Shown here: positions 1 through 14,962 of the stretch, in pieces
Numbering within the stretch: the stretch's first letter is position 1
Layout of the letters: every line of letters starts with the position of its first letter
Origin: Octopus vulgaris
Lineage: Eukaryota
DNA length: 64,000 nt
NCBI GenBank assembly: GCA_951406725.2
Contig: OX597829.1
Location: 2,294,001 to 2,358,000 of the forward strand
Reading direction: 5' to 3'
Made by a program: the position numbers and the translations under genes
The notes under the pieces: generated by a model
What the model was told of the DNA's origin: nothing
Database searches by the model: none
The model's input: the letters and a program-made list of their open reading frames with translations, nothing else

Positions 1-8
1 AATAATAA

Positions 9-59
<51 letters not shown>

Positions 60-1172
60 TCTTTTTACTATAAGCACAGGACTGAAATTTGGGATGAGTG
101 CTTTAGTCAATTACAGTGACCGCAGTGCTCAACTGGTACTGATTTTAATGACTCTGAAAGAATGAAAGGCAAAATCCACCTTGATGGAACTCGAATGTAA
201 GAATGGACAAAATGCCACTAAGCATTTTCCTAGCCTGCTAACCAATTCTGCCATCTCATCACCATAATAATAATATTAATACATTTTATATGATGTATTG
301 GTAACAAATATAAAAGAACGGAAACAAAACAATCTGTTCACACTTCCGCTATAAAGAATTATTGAACATTATTATGGTGTTTATCATAAAACATGTATAT
401 ATACTGACAGTGTGTATGTGTGTGTGTGTGTGTGTGCACATGTATATGTGAGCATGCATGAGTGTATGTGTACAGTTGCATGTGCACACCTCTATGTGCA
501 TATGGATGTGTGTGTGTGTGTGTGTATGCGAGCATTTGTGTACATATATTTATCTGTGAATATATAAATATGTATGTATCTGCGAGCATGCATGTGTGTA
601 TGTGTACAGCTGCATGTGCATATGCATATGTGTGTGTGTGTGTGTCTGTGTGTGTCCCCTTTTGTTTTATACTGTCAAGAAGCAAAATAGCAGTAGCAGC
701 AGTTAAAACAACTTCCAGCAAGTAAACATGGAGATCAATCATACAATAACAACATTAAGAAAAACAACAACTACAAAAAGCCAACAGCAAAACCACCATG
801 ACCATCACCATCAACAACAAAGCTAGTCCTTTTATTCTGATACAAAAACTAAAAAAGTAAATAAAGAAAAGAAAAGAAAAAGGACTAAAACAAAGGAGAA
901 AGAATAAACAAATTAGGGTTCCACCCCCTTCCACAGCATAAATGGTTTACATGCATAGCATCAATGAACCATTTAAACAGCCTGAACATTCCGGAATACT
1001 CTCACACACACACACACACACAGCATTAACTGCAACCAGATTCCCCACCTTCTCGACACAGGAGACTTTAGCATTAAATGTAAACATCTGATAAATTTTC
1101 AAGAGAACCAACAAAGGGAATATTATTGATTTTCATATATATACATATACATACATACATTTATATATATAT

Positions 1173-1225
<53 letters not shown>

Positions 1226-1234
1226 ATATATTTA

Positions 1235-1281
<47 letters not shown>

Positions 1282-1284
1282 ATA

Positions 1285-1330
<46 letters not shown>

Positions 1331-2513
1331 TTGTATACATATGCATTGTGTGTATGTATGTGAGAACATATATTTTTGTTATTTTTCATCATCAAAAGAA
1401 AGTTACAATACTGACTCAAGGTTTGAGTGTTTCCAGCATGGCACTTACATACATACATATGTACATACATAAATACACATGTGCATGCACATGCACACAC
1501 ACATACACACACGATTTGAAATTGCCACAAGCTTACGGTCTTATTTGGTGACAGCCTATCTCAGTTTAAGCGGTGTTTAAACAAAAACTGAGAATAAAAG
1601 CTTAACCCAGGAATGGAATTCCGGTTTGTAGCAGAATTAAAGTTCAGCTAACTGGATGTTCATTTTTGGGGATGAGTGGATTGAAAGAAAACAAAAGGAA
1701 GTGTTCTTGTTAAAAGACATAAATCCATGCAGACTGACCTGAGAATTGAACTTAATTATCATGGATCCAAAAACCAAACCAATAGACCATTCCACTTCCC
1801 TATGCATAGACATCTTTATGCACAAACACACACACATCATCATTATTGAATGACATCGGGGCACAAATATTTGAAGCCCCTATCATGTCTACCCATCTGA
1901 TAAGGATACACCAGTCACATGCATCACAACCATATATGCACAACATGGTGATCTCATATCAAGATTAACTGTGCATGATCTTGCACATGGGGCCCGGTTA
2001 GAATTTCCTCCACACCAGTGGTACTCAACCATTTTTTGCCTCCTTAGATTCCTGTTTTACTCTACTGGACCCTCATAGCCTTTCAATGTTTATAAAAACC
2101 TTATTATATTTTTACAATTAAATATATTTAGGATTTGTACTAAAAGAATTAAAATATTTTGTACATTGTACAATTTATTTGACAGAAAAATCTTATACAA
2201 ACCCCTAAGAAGCACCAATCTACAGCAAGAAACCTCTTCTGCTTTGGTACTTTTCTTTGAAACTTTACCCATCTCCCTCCCACTTCAAGGTTTGTAGTCT
2301 TGCATACTGTATGGTGACCTTACTAGTGCCAGTGCCACAGAAAAAGTATTACCCTGTCCACACTGTAAAGTCGTTGGCATTAGGAAGGTATTGAAACCAT
2401 GCCAAAGCACACAGAAACAAGATGTAGTCTTTGGACCCATCAGAACCCCTCAAACCATCCAACTGAAGCCAGCATGCAATATGGATGTTATATGATGATG
2501 ATGATATAATAAA

Positions 2514-2775
2514 TGTATATATATATATGTGTGTGTGTGTGTATATATATATATGTGTGTGTGTGTGTGTATATATATGTATATATATGTGTGTATATAT
2601 ATATGTGTGTGTGTATATATATATATGCGTGTGTGTATATATATATGTATATATGTGTGTGTATATATATATGTGTGTGTGTATATATATATGTGTGTGT
2701 GTGTATATATGTGTATATATATGTGTGTGTGTATATATATATGTGTGTGTGTGTATATATGTGTATATATATATA

Positions 2776-2857
<82 letters not shown>
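2514..2857. repeat. Compound (TA)n/(TG)n microsatellite, representative of dozens in the window
   Basis: Direct inspection; similar tracts at about 1135-1330, 7710-7900, 17580-17800, 18029-18260 and 61480-61605. Confidence 0.95.
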
Positions 2858-2859
<2 letters not shown>

Positions 2860-2861
<2 letters not shown>

Positions 2862-3100
2862 AGTTAAGTTAATTATTTGGGCTCAAAAAGCAAAAAGCAA
2901 GGCCATGTAGGGGGACATGGAGTTATGTACAGGGAGGGTGTTCATGCAAAGAGTTCAGGCCATTTCTGGTCAAGAGAGACTTTGAACCGAGCGGTCGTTG
3001 GCATCTTCACTATCTCGTCCGGCAGCTTATTCCACGGATCCGCAACCTGGACGGAGAAAGCCCCTCTCCTTCGAGTGAGATGAAATCGTCGCAGATAGAG
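2860..3100 (-). mobile_element. CR1/L2-like LINE 3' tail
   Basis: Minus strand encodes RRGAFSVQVADPWNKLPDEIV-like C-terminus, followed by a (TTAAC)n tail. Confidence 0.6.
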
Positions 3101-3132
<32 letters not shown>

Positions 3133-3499
3133 TACACACACACACACATGGTACTATCACCTCTGCGTTAAACAAAAATTACCTAAATAGATAGCTAGAA
3201 AATATTAATAGATTATGTCATATACTGATAGTAATCATGGCTGTGTTGGTGGTGGTTGTGGTGGTGGTGGTGATGTTGATGACAATAATGATGATGATGA
3301 TGATTACACCATGCTATTTCATCCATTAATGTCACTGATAGCTAAAAGGATTGCTGTAATATTTCTGAATATTCCATGCAATAATTAGCAGCTGCAACAC
3401 CTCAAAGACGAACATGATGCAATTAACTATTACACTCTTACCAGGAGTTTTTTTTTTAATGCATGCAAATAGAGAATCCATTAGTTAATACTGTCATCA

Positions 3500-3543
<44 letters not shown>

Positions 3544-6500
3544 GCTTAAATATTTATTAAGAGAGATTATTGAAAAGCAGATCAAGGATTTATTGAACCA
3601 AATAGTAAATGCTTCATGTCATAGCAATTGCTAGACAATTGTGGTGGTGGTGGTGGTGATGGTTTGGGGTGGCAATGGTTGTAGAAGTGGTGGTGGTGGT
3701 AGTGATAGTAGTGGTGATGTTAGTTTGGTGGCAGTGGGGATAGTTGTGATGATGATGATGATGATGATGATGGTGATGACGATGATGATGATGATGATGG
3801 TGGTGGTGACAATTTTGATAGTGTTGAAGAGAATCATGACATTGATGAAGATGATATCAATAACAGTGATGATAAAAGTAAGAAAGGTATGATGATGATG
3901 ATGATGATGAAGATGATGGTGACGATGATGGCGAAGTAAAAGTAAATAAGTAAACGAATTGTTACAGGCCGTCATTGATCTAACATGCGTGTGAAAGTAT
4001 AGGATACCACAAAAGCGGTCGGAATAAGAAAAAGATTTATTGATCAGAGAATACTTATAATTGATCAATCGAAAAGAAACCAAACGAAATAAAAAAAAAA
4101 TAAAAAAGTCAAATATATATATATAAAACAAAAATTGTAAACCAGGACATGACCACCATTATTATCATCATCATCATCATCATCATCAAAGAAGAAACTG
4201 AGAAATCGATGATTTATAAATAACAGGACACTCATCGGCGAATGGAAATTTCCAGAGAATCTTGTTGACTAATCTTATTAAAAACCACTTGACTATTAAT
4301 CTTTTGTAGTTAATTTTTAACTTTTAATTAATTTACTGCCATTGTCACCACCACCGACACCAACACTGCTATCATCATCATTATCAACGTCGTTATCATC
4401 ATTATTTAATGTCCACTTTTTACAATGCTCGGAAGGGTTAGATGAATTTTACTGAGGCATGTTTTTCCTTCGGCCAGATGTCCTTCATATTGCCAACCAT
4501 TGTTTGTTCCCAGGCAACAGCAATAATTACTCCATGACCTGCCATGTTATCATGGAAGGTTGCAAATGACTGACGCCGCTTTTATGACATTCTGTTTATA
4601 AAAACTATGATTTCAAGACAGGGTAAAACAAATACACGCACACACACATGTATGTACAGACACACATATACACATGTATGCACAGACACACACACATGCA
4701 CACACAGACACATGTACACACACACTTCTTTCTCTTTCAGTTTCAGTTTACTGTAACCCATGCCGGTGGCACATAAAAAGCTGCAACCGATCGTGATCTT
4801 TGCCAGCCTCTCCTGGCACCTGTGCCAGTGACACGTAAAAAGCACTCACTACACTCAGGGAGTGGTTGGCGTTAGGAAGGGCATCCAGCCGTAGAAACAC
4901 TGCCAGATCAGACTGGAGCCTGGTGCAGCCTCCTGGCTTCCCAGACCCCGATCAAACCGTCCAACCCATGCTAGCACGGAGAACGGACGTTAAACGATGA
5001 TGATATATATATGTATATATATAAAATATAGATATGTAGCACCCACTACACTCTCGGAGTGGTTGGCATTAGGAAGGGCATCAAGCTGTAGAAACACTGC
5101 CAGATCAGACTGGAGCCTGGTGCAGCCTCCTGGCTTTCCAGACCCCAGCCAAACTGCCCAACCCATGCTAGCATGGAAAACGGATGTTAAACGATGATGA
5201 TGATGATGATTCACAAGGTTGTTGATAGCCTGGTGTGATTAAAAAAAAAAAAAACTTGCCCAAGGAAACATGTAGTAAGACCAAACTTCTCTAGTCATAC
5301 AGCTATGCCGGTGCCAATATATGGATTCTTTTATTAGTTTCAGCACAAAGGCTGTAGCCATGCTGGAGCACCACCAGTTTTATCATCTTTTCAATGGCCA
5401 TTTTTTTGTTATTGGCTATTGGTGAAAGAGGGAGTCTTATATGGCTGCCCTCTTTTGAGTTCCTTGCCATGATGTAGATTCATGTAAGACTTTGGACAGC
5501 AGGGGGTCAAGTTGTTTCTTGAAAACATCAACCCCATACTCCATGTAGATTTTTCAGATGTTTTGGCAAAATGTTAAATAGCTGTGAGCATTTGAATTCT
5601 CAAGTTATTGCAGTACATGGTCTTCAATCTAGGTGAGATGGATGGGACCTTTGGAATAGTACAGTGACATCTAGTTTGGAAGTTGGCATAACTCTTGATG
5701 CTGAAGTTTAGTGCCAAACCCTCTAGGGTATTCCACATACAACTGCATATCTTTCTAGTTTTAGCTCCAGGGAGTAAAGTCATAATTCCTTCAATCTCTC
5801 CCAGCAGCTTAACTGTTTCATTGATGCAATCGAACCTATATATGAAAAATTCTTGAATCAAACAAAGCTCAAAGAGACCAGAGGCCCCAAAAGAACTCAA
5901 TACAAGCTAATAACAATAACTTGGTTAATGTCTTAGCAAAGAATATCTCTTTTCACTAATTTAATAGTTCTTTGAAAACTGAGCATTTAGAATCAGCAAA
6001 TGCAGCTAAAATTATTTCAGAGTATTTCTTTGTGACTTAAATGTTTTGGAAAAAATTTGATTCCAGAGAAAATAATTTCCTCACAGAATATGACATCAAA
6101 GAATTGGAGATAGCCAGAGTAATCAAAATGTCAATAAATGTTATGTGAAAACACACATATACAATAATGCATCATAATCATATGTGCATGCATGTGTGCA
6201 TGCATGTGCATGCATCTGTGTTTGAGTGTGTGTGCACACACAGTATTTTCATGTTTTTGCCTTCTCAGTGTTTTTCCTTTTTTCAAGGCCACTGAACGTG
6301 ACCGTTGCCAGCGCCGCCCCGAATGGCCTCCATGCTGGAGGCACGTAAAAAGCACCATCCAATTGTGGCCATTGCCAGCCTCGTCTGGCCCCCGTGCCGG
6401 TGGCATGTAAAAAGCACCATCCGATTGTGGCCGTTGCCAGCCTTGTCTGGCACCTGTGCAGGTGGCACGTACAAAGCACCCACTACACACACGGAGTGGT

Positions 6501-6984
6501 TGGCATTAGGAAGGGCATCCAGCTGTAGAAACACTGCCAGATCAGACTGGAGCCTGGTGCAGCCTCCTGGCTTTCCAGACCCCGGCCAAACTGCCCAACC
6601 CATGCTAGCATGGAAAATGGACGTTAAATGATGATGATGATGATGATTCCTGCTCTTAAAATTTCCCACCTCTTCTTCAACTCATTCTAAACAATACAGT
6701 TGCCTCTTCCTTTATGAACACATGTTACCTCTCCCTCCTGTTCCACTATCTCCTCCCTTTCCTTGCAAAATTTCTAATTACAATTTATTTATCCTTCAAC
6801 ACCAATTAACATTCCATCTCTCTCCAAGGATCACTACCAGGGAGAAAGGGGGATTTTTACCCAAAAGCTTTCAATATACAAGGGTGGACAAATGAAGGTA
6901 TACAGTTGCTTAATATGAGTGGAATGTTCTTTTCATTTCTTTATTCTTTTTTTTTCCATGATTCTATGTCCTTTAACAAGTCAT

Positions 6985-7645
6985 TTGAGTGTCTCATGTG
7001 CTCAAACAGATAGTCTTCTTTGACCAATCAGCTCACCATAAAACAGCTGTTTGGGCATGTTTTCATCCACCATTCAAACAATATGGCCACACCATCTCAA
7101 TTGGTTTCGCAAAATCATAGCTTTAATTGAGGTGATACCTGCAGATGCAAGGACATTTGTGTTTGGAGTAAAAGAACTCACTTTAATGTTGAAATTGCAA
7201 TGAAGGCAGTTTTGGTGGAATTGTTCTAACAATTTAAAATGTCTTTCATAACATACCCATGTTTCACAACAATACAACAGGGATGGTAAGACAAATGATT
7301 TGTATTCTTATTTATGTCACTGGCACCAAATGCATGATTCCAAGCTATCAAATGCTTTTGCTGCCCTTTGAATTCGCAGATGTAATCAAGATTTCCATCA
7401 TTTTGGACAGAGCTTTCAAGGTAGATGAATAAATCAACAACCTTGAGTAATTAACCCTTAACAAAAATTGTAGGGGGATTACAAACAACACCACACACAG
7501 GTTGATGCATTACAACTGGGGTTTTTTTTCAAGTTGACGGTCAAGCGAAAATCATCACAAGCTGAGTCAGATGCAGATACAAGAGATTGCAGAACTGTTT
7601 CAGAATGACTGACAAGATCGCAATCATCAGCGTATATAAAAGTTC
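6985..7645 (-). mobile_element. Degraded RTE LINE fragment
   Basis: Peptide remnants LYTLMIA (degenerate YADD region), LYCCETW and QLRWCGHIV. Confidence 0.75.
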
Positions 7646-7744
7646 CCTAACGAGTGAAGTAAAAACCTCCATTTTGAATCTCAGTCTGGCAAGACTAAAA
7701 ACATTCCCATATATATACATACATACACACACACATTATATACA

Positions 7745-7836
<92 letters not shown>

Positions 7837-7837
7837 A

Positions 7838-7882
<45 letters not shown>

Positions 7883-8699
7883 CATTTATGTATGTATATA
7901 CACACAGGTATATACATGGACACACATACATTGGAAATAGTTGGTTTCATATCTTGTGTCCAATTCCAATCAAAAATTAAAATGGTATCCCTTTGAAGAG
8001 AACATTTGATGAAGATGTTAGTAACATAAAAAAAAAGGAAATCTGTTAATTGTCATTTCTGTATCAGAATATCAATAACTGAAAGGTTTTGTCAATATTG
8101 TTTCTACTGTATATTCAGTGTAATGGCTGTGTGTGAATGTAGTGAGAGAGAGAAGGAGGTGAGCTGGCAGAATCGTTAGCACGCCGGGCGAAATGCTTAG
8201 CGGTATTTCGTCTACTGCTATGTTCTGAGTTCAAATTCCGCCGAGGTCGACTTTCCATTTCATCCTTTCGGGGTCGATTAAATAAGTACCAGTTACGCAC
8301 TGGGGTCGATATAATTGACTTAATCCTTTTGTCTGTCCTTGTTTGTCCCCTCTGAGTTTAGCCCCTTGTGGGTAGTAAAGAAATAGGTATTTCATCTGTC
8401 TTTACATTCTGAGTTCAAATTCTGCCGAGGTCGACTTTGCCTTTCATCCTTTCGGGGTCAATAAATTAAGTACCAGTTGCATACTGAAGTCTATCTAATT
8501 GACTGGACCCCTCTCCCAAAATTCTGGGCCTTGTGCCTAGAGTAGAGAAGAATGTAGTCCGTGTGTGTGTGTGTGAGAGTGAGAGAGAGAGACAGACAGA
8601 CAGACGATAAGGCAGACAATGACAAACAAACTTACAAGCAGATAGAGTGAGAGGAGAGAGAAGCAGAAGAGAAAATATATGAAACATACACACACTTGC

Positions 8700-8740
<41 letters not shown>

Positions 8741-9231
8741 GGGGGGGAGACGAAAAGAATGACAGTCAGATACACAAGTATACAGAGAAACGAATGGAGA
8801 GATACTTAATAGAGAGGAAGAGAGGGAGAATATAGGAAAGTGATAAAGAGATAAATACGTTCTTACAAAGACAGAAAAAAAAATAGACAGGAAAGGAAAA
8901 AAGAAAAAAAAATTAGATAGCAAGAGAGAGGGAAAGGTATAAATGTTTTCAGGTACACCTCAGGTGCGGCGGGGTATATGTATACCCGAGTATATACCTT
9001 TTACCCTGTTAAGGACATGATAGAGATTTACTGTTGATCCGCAAGATAAAATGCTCCCAGTAGACACTATAAAGTGCTTGGCAAATGACAGGAGATTACG
9101 GAGGACAGAACGAAATGTTTAGTCTTGTCTAAACATGCTAACATCCCAAGCAACAAAGCCACAATGAAATACACCGAGTAAACTCTGGAAGACCGGTTGG
9201 TCATACTAAGGACATTCTACAACATAAACCA

Positions 9232-9722
9232 TGACTTGACTTGACTTGACTTGACAACATTCACCCAGGGTGGGTTGAGCTGGCTTCATTCATCCTCAAT
9301 GCTGCATCTCTCACAAACGCTGACCAGGCCTGGCAATTTGAGGCTAACGACTGTGTGATCTCCAACCACTCTTTATTCCAGCGGCAAACGCTGTAGATAT
9401 GGGGGCCTAGGTTGGGTTCCAGATCAGCCTTGACTGTCATCAGCCAGGTTTTTCGTTGTCCACCGCATCGCTTTCACCAACCCTGAAGGGGAGCTGGGGC
9501 AATTGCTTTGTAGATGAATTCTCCTGGTTGACGACGGAGAGCATGACCCAGCCAACGCAGACGTCTCGTTAGGATGACTTGTTGGAGGGAGGTGATTCTG
9601 CACTGGTGTCGCACCAAATTGTTGGAGACAAAGTGATGCCATCGGACATGAAGGATGGGGCATAGACAGAGGTGATCAAAGGATTCTAGTCGCTTAATAT
9701 CTTCCACCCTCATTGGCCATGA
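9232..9722 (-). mobile_element. RTE-like LINE 3' fragment with (CAAGT)n tail
   Basis: WPMRVED..LESFDH..RRLRWLGHALRR; tgacttgacttg tandem tail at 9232-9254. Confidence 0.75.
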
Positions 9723-10238
9723 CAAAATTTTCTCTTGTTTTTTATGTAGGCACAATAACAGTGTGTGAAGCTTCCCAACCACATGGTCCCGAGTTCAGTC
9801 CCACTGCATGGAGCCTTAGGCAAGTGACTTCCACTATAGCCTTGGACTGACCAAAGCCTTGTGAATGGATTTGGTAGACGGAAAGTGAAAGAAACCTGTT
9901 GCATGCATGTGTGTGTATGATTCGTGTTTGTCTTCCATCATCACTTGCCTACCATTGCTGGTATTTTTACATTCAAATAACTTAGAGGCTTGGCAAAAGA
10001 CAGTGATAGAATGTAGTGCCATAGTTAAAGAAAAGGAAGTACTGGATCGATTCCTTACACTAAAATTCTTCCAGGTGGTTCCCCAACAAGGCCATAGTTC
10101 AATGACTGAGAAAAGTAAAAAATAAAGGATATATTAATATATTATTTAACACACATCTACTGCTCCTGCTTTTTCTCTTTCAGAAATTTTAAGGATTTCA
10201 TAAGTAAGAAAATGGAATTGCATATATATATATATATA

Positions 10239-11560
10239 CAGAGGTTGGACAAAGTAATGGAAACACCTTAAAATTCCAAACAAATGTATTTAAATATGGA
10301 GCAGGACTGCCTTTCGCAGTAATCACAGCTTGAATTCTACAAGGTATGGACTCGTACATAGTTTGAATTGTTTCCAAAGGAATTTTTGGCCATTCTTCAG
10401 CTAAAACAGTCTCCAGTTCTTGTAGTGATGATGGTGGAGGATAATGACTCCTTACTTTTTCTTTCTAAAATGCACCATAAATGTTCAATAATATTGAGAT
10501 TTGGGGACTGTGGTGGCCAGATAAGATATTCAACTTCACTAGAATGTTCTTTCTGCCATTCAGTAACAACTTTACCTGTGTGAATTGGTGCATTATCATC
10601 CTGAAAGATTGCATTTTCCTCCAGAAACAGTTCCGCAACCATAGGATGAATCTGATCAGATAAAATGTTTAAATAGTCTTGACTATTAATTCTGCCATGA
10701 AGGGAAACCATTGGGTCGGCGGATTTCCAAGAAATAGCCCACTAGATCATCACTGATCCTTCTCCATGTTTAACAGTTGGAAGAAGGCAGTCTGGGTCAA
10801 ATGCTTCTTTTAGCTGTCTCCATACATATACTTGGCCAGTGGTTGGAAATAAGGTAAAGGATGACTCATCTGAGAAAATAAGATTCTTCCATTGTTCTAG
10901 GGACCAATTCTGTTGGTTTTCATTCCGTTCTAAATGCTTTGTAATGTTTGTTTTTGAAAGTAGTGGTTTTCTGATTGCAGCCCTCCTGTGAAATCCAGCT
11001 TTGTGCAGCTCCCTGTGAAGAGTTTTTGTGGAAACTGGGTTCTCGAGGTGGTCATTAAGCTCTGCAGTAATTTTGGGAGCTGTACTTTTGTGATCCTTTA
11101 TAACAATTTGTGTAGGAGTCCGACAGTCCCTATCTGAAAGTTTTGGTTTTCTTCCAGAGTTTTGTTTCAACAAGGCGGTTTTTTCCCTCTTTCTGAAAGG
11201 CTGTCATTACTTTCCAGACAGTACTTCTTGATACACCAAATATTTCGGCTGCTTTTGTTGTGCTAGCACCTGCAATACGAGCACCAACAATTTGACCTGA
11301 GAGATCTGTCATTTTAATGAATTTTAATAACCTTTTTCTGATGATATCTGAAATGAAACAGCAATTTTAGAAAAAAACATACGCAACAGTAATGATAAAT
11401 TAAAAAGCATAAAAATAAACAAGCTTTTGATAGGTTCACTGACAAAATTCCGTGCTGCGTGGTGGGTCTCAAAGCTTTTGACAGTTTCATAATTATTTCA
11501 AAATTATGAGGCTATGATGGTGAATTTATGAGGTGCTCCCATTATTTTGTCCAGCGCCTG
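10239..11560 (-). mobile_element. Full-length Tc1-family DNA transposon with a frameshifted transposase pseudogene (DD36E spacing)
   Basis: Flanked by TA on both sides. Imperfect TIRs cagaggttggacaaagtaatggaaacacct / aggtgctcccattattttgtccagcgcctg. ORF pieces 11312-11130 (HTH, GVSRSTV), 11173-10742 (GRKPKL, FSDES, TVKHGEGSVMI) and 10711-10397 (FQDDNAPIH...WPPQSPNLNIIEHLW). Confidence 0.93.
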
Positions 11561-12103
11561 TATATACTTATACAAACACACGCAATCATCTACACAATGG
11601 ATATAATATGGTTTTTGTCAACCAAATCCTCAAAAGCAATAGTTGATCCCAGGGAGATAAAGTAAAAGACACTTGTCTAAGGTGCTGCACAGTGTAGCTG
11701 AACCATGAAACTATGTAGATGTGAAGCAAACTTCTTAATTACACACGGTAAAAGCTGCACCTTAGAATAATTACATTCTAAGCTCTATCAAAATTGCTAG
11801 ATCTTTCTGGTTTCATGCTCTAGATAAAATGTTTATCTGTTGTATATAAAAATTCTGTTCTATTAGTTAACAAGAACCACCAGAACGATGGCGTTATCTT
11901 CACAACATTGCTACTGCTGTTTTATAGCAGGTAGAATCAAGATATTGATAATGTAGTAATGATGTAATTATCATTAGGTCTGAGCTTTTATTTATTTATT
12001 TTTTTTTACCATTAACTAAAATATTCCTTCAGCAATCAAGGAGTGGTTACAGGCTTATTTCCAAGCTGCGTTTATCCTTGTGCTAATCCACGTGTCATGT
12101 CTC

Positions 12104-12135
<32 letters not shown>

Positions 12136-12643
12136 TAACATTATCTGGATGATGGCCTTACAGCATGTTATCCAAATCTCCTCCACAGGTATCAGCTAGC
12201 AAATGATATCATACAGTAGGACTACCCCTATAACTAGATATAGATATGAATATCTGTAAATATTCAGAGTCTATGCAAGAGAATAAAGCATGTTCAATAC
12301 ACAGACACACATACATATATAAACATATATATATATATATACACACACATATATATATATACAAACATACATATATATATACGTACATATATGTTTCTTT
12401 ACTACCCAAAAGGGGCTAAACATAGAGGGGACAAACAAGGGCAGACAAAGGAATTAAGTTGATTACATGACCCCAGTGCGTAACTGGTACTTAATTTATC
12501 GACCCCGAAAGGATGAAAGGCAAAGTCGACCTCGGCGGAATTTGAACTCAGAATGTAACGGCAGATGAAATACGGCTACGCATTTCGCCCAGCGTACTAA
12601 CGGTTCTGCCACCTCACCGTATATATACGTACATATATATATG

Positions 12644-12703
<60 letters not shown>

Positions 12704-12756
12704 CAGTTGAAGTAGATACTTTAGTTGAGGCACCAAGTCAGTCCGGTATTGTCTGC

Positions 12757-12813
<57 letters not shown>

Positions 12814-13301
12814 TACATGCATGAATACATATATACTTACATACAAGTACATTCTTATACATACAAGTCTATTAAATTCCAACATAACTGTATTTTCATC
12901 AATTTATTTTCTATTTCTGGACATACATGAGAAATGGTCTGATAAACGGTATTACCAAAAGATAATGATGATGATGATGCATGTGGTGGTGGTGATGGTG
13001 GTGGTGGTGGTGGTATACACTACCTTAATTCATTTTCTAATTTAAAGGGGAAATCTATTTAAGATAATTGTTATGTCAACTAATGTTTTCCTTTTTGATC
13101 ATTCTTTTTTTTTAATGTTTTGTGATGTATTGCATGTTAGTAAATATTTCATGCATGCACACATACACACACAAGCACGCACACACATGCACTATATACA
13201 AAACCTATATGCATGCATGAAAGATGGACATTAAACAATGATGATGATGTATGTTATATCGTGATCATCATATATAATACACACACACTAACATATATAT
13301 A

Positions 13302-13612
13302 TAGAGAGAGAGGGGGAGAGAAAGAGAGAAAGGGAGGGAAAGAGGGATAGAAAGAGAGGGGGGGGAGAGAAAGAGAGAGGGAGAGAAAGAGAGAAAGAGA
13401 GAGGGAGAGAAAGAGAGAGGGGGGAGAAAGCGAGAGAGGGGAGAGAAAAAGAGAGGAGAGAAAGAGAGAGGGAGAGAAAGAGTGAGAGGGAGAGAAAGAG
13501 AGAAAGAGAGAGGGAGAGAAAGAGAGAGAGAGGGGGGGGGGAGAAAGCGAGAGAGGGGAGAGAAAAAGAGAGGGGGAGAGAAAGAGAGAGAGGGCAAGAA
13601 AGCGAGAGAGAG
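13302..13612. repeat. Polypurine (GA-rich) low-complexity tract
   Basis: About 310 bp of almost pure A/G with recurring gagagaaagagagaggg units. Confidence 0.9.
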
Positions 13613-13993
13613 AATGATGCAAATAAACAAATAAAACTGTCTGGGTTTGATATACTAAATATGTCCACATGATGTAAATAGAGAGAAAGCAAAGACCGAA
13701 AATTTTCAGGCATTGAATATTCAAGTAAAAATAGATAGCTATATATTAACAGAAGAAACTCACACAGAGTACAAAGTCTCAGAGTTACTACATAATACAT
13801 TATTTACATTATTTACAAATATTTGTCCTCATTTTGTTTGTTTTTAACACAATGTTTCATCTGATATACTCTCCCGCCTTCATCAGGTGTCTTGGGGAAA
13901 TTTCGAACCTGGGTTCTCATTCCTAAGGTATTTTTCGATGTTGTTATTATTATTATTATGATTATTATTATTATTATTATTATGATGATTATC

Positions 13994-14945
13994 GGGTCTC
14001 CAGAGGCTGGTCAGCTCCCTGGCGGATGCCTGCCAAGAGTTCGGCCTTACCATCAGCCTGAAAAAGACAGAGATCATGGGCCAGGACGTTGGAGGGGTCC
14101 CCAGCATCAGTGTCGGTGACCACAGCTTGCAGGTGGTGAACGAGTTCACTTACCTGGGATCGACGGTCTCCAGCAGCCTGTCCCTCGAGCCGGAGCTGAA
14201 CAGACGGATTTGGAAGGCTGCTGCTGCCATGGCTAAGCTCTCCAGGAGAGTGTGGGAAAACAACATGATGCTCACAATAACCACCAAGATCGCAGTGTAC
14301 CGAGCCTGCGTGCTGAGCACCCTACTCTACGGCAGCGAGAGCTGGACAACATACACCCGGCAGGAATGCCGCCTCAGCGGCTTCCACATGCGGTGTCTTC
14401 GATGGATCCTTGGCATCTCCTGGAAGGACCGAGTGCCAAACGGAGTCATCCTGGAACAGACTAATATGCCAAGCATGTATGCCCTCCTCGTGCGGAGATG
14501 ACTGCGCTGGCTCGGACACGTCTGCCGCATGCAGGACGGTCGCATGCCTAAAGACATCCTGTACAGCGAACTCACCACGGGATCCCGACGTCCACAGCTA
14601 CGATACAGGGACGTGTGCAAGCGCGACCTGAGGACTGCCGACATCTGTGTGGACACGTGGGAGGAAACAGCTGCTGACCGCTCTGCCTGGCGTCGAACGG
14701 TGAGGAAAGGCGTTTCCATGGCTGAGGAGAAGAGAGCACAGCTGTGGTTGGACAGGCGGGACAGGAGGAGGACAACTGCAGCAACACCCCACACGTACCC
14801 ATCGATGTTCGTGTGCAGCAACTGTACCAAGGACTGCCACTCTAGAATTGGACTGTTCAGTCACAGCAGACGCTGCACATCATCAAAGTAGGCCCCACCC
14901 TTGGCGCAACCCATTGTCTATCAAGACAGACGGGGAAGAGAGAGA
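13994..14945 (+). mobile_element. 5'-truncated RTE-clade (BovB-like) LINE: end of RT plus C-terminal C2H2 zinc finger
   Basis: One reading frame from 13995 to 14891 (GLQRLV..FGLTISLKKTEIM..FTYLGS..LLYGSESW..LRWLGHVCRM..CSNC..SRIGLFSHSRRC) with a single stop at 14499-14501. GC-rich, with a short 3' UTR ending in (GA)n. Confidence 0.92.
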
Positions 14946-14962
14946 GATTATCATTATCATTA

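Noticed and set aside
5574-5900. 108-aa non-repetitive minus-strand ORF as a candidate GALNT exon
   Set aside because: No ppGalNAc-T motifs and no recognisable domain.
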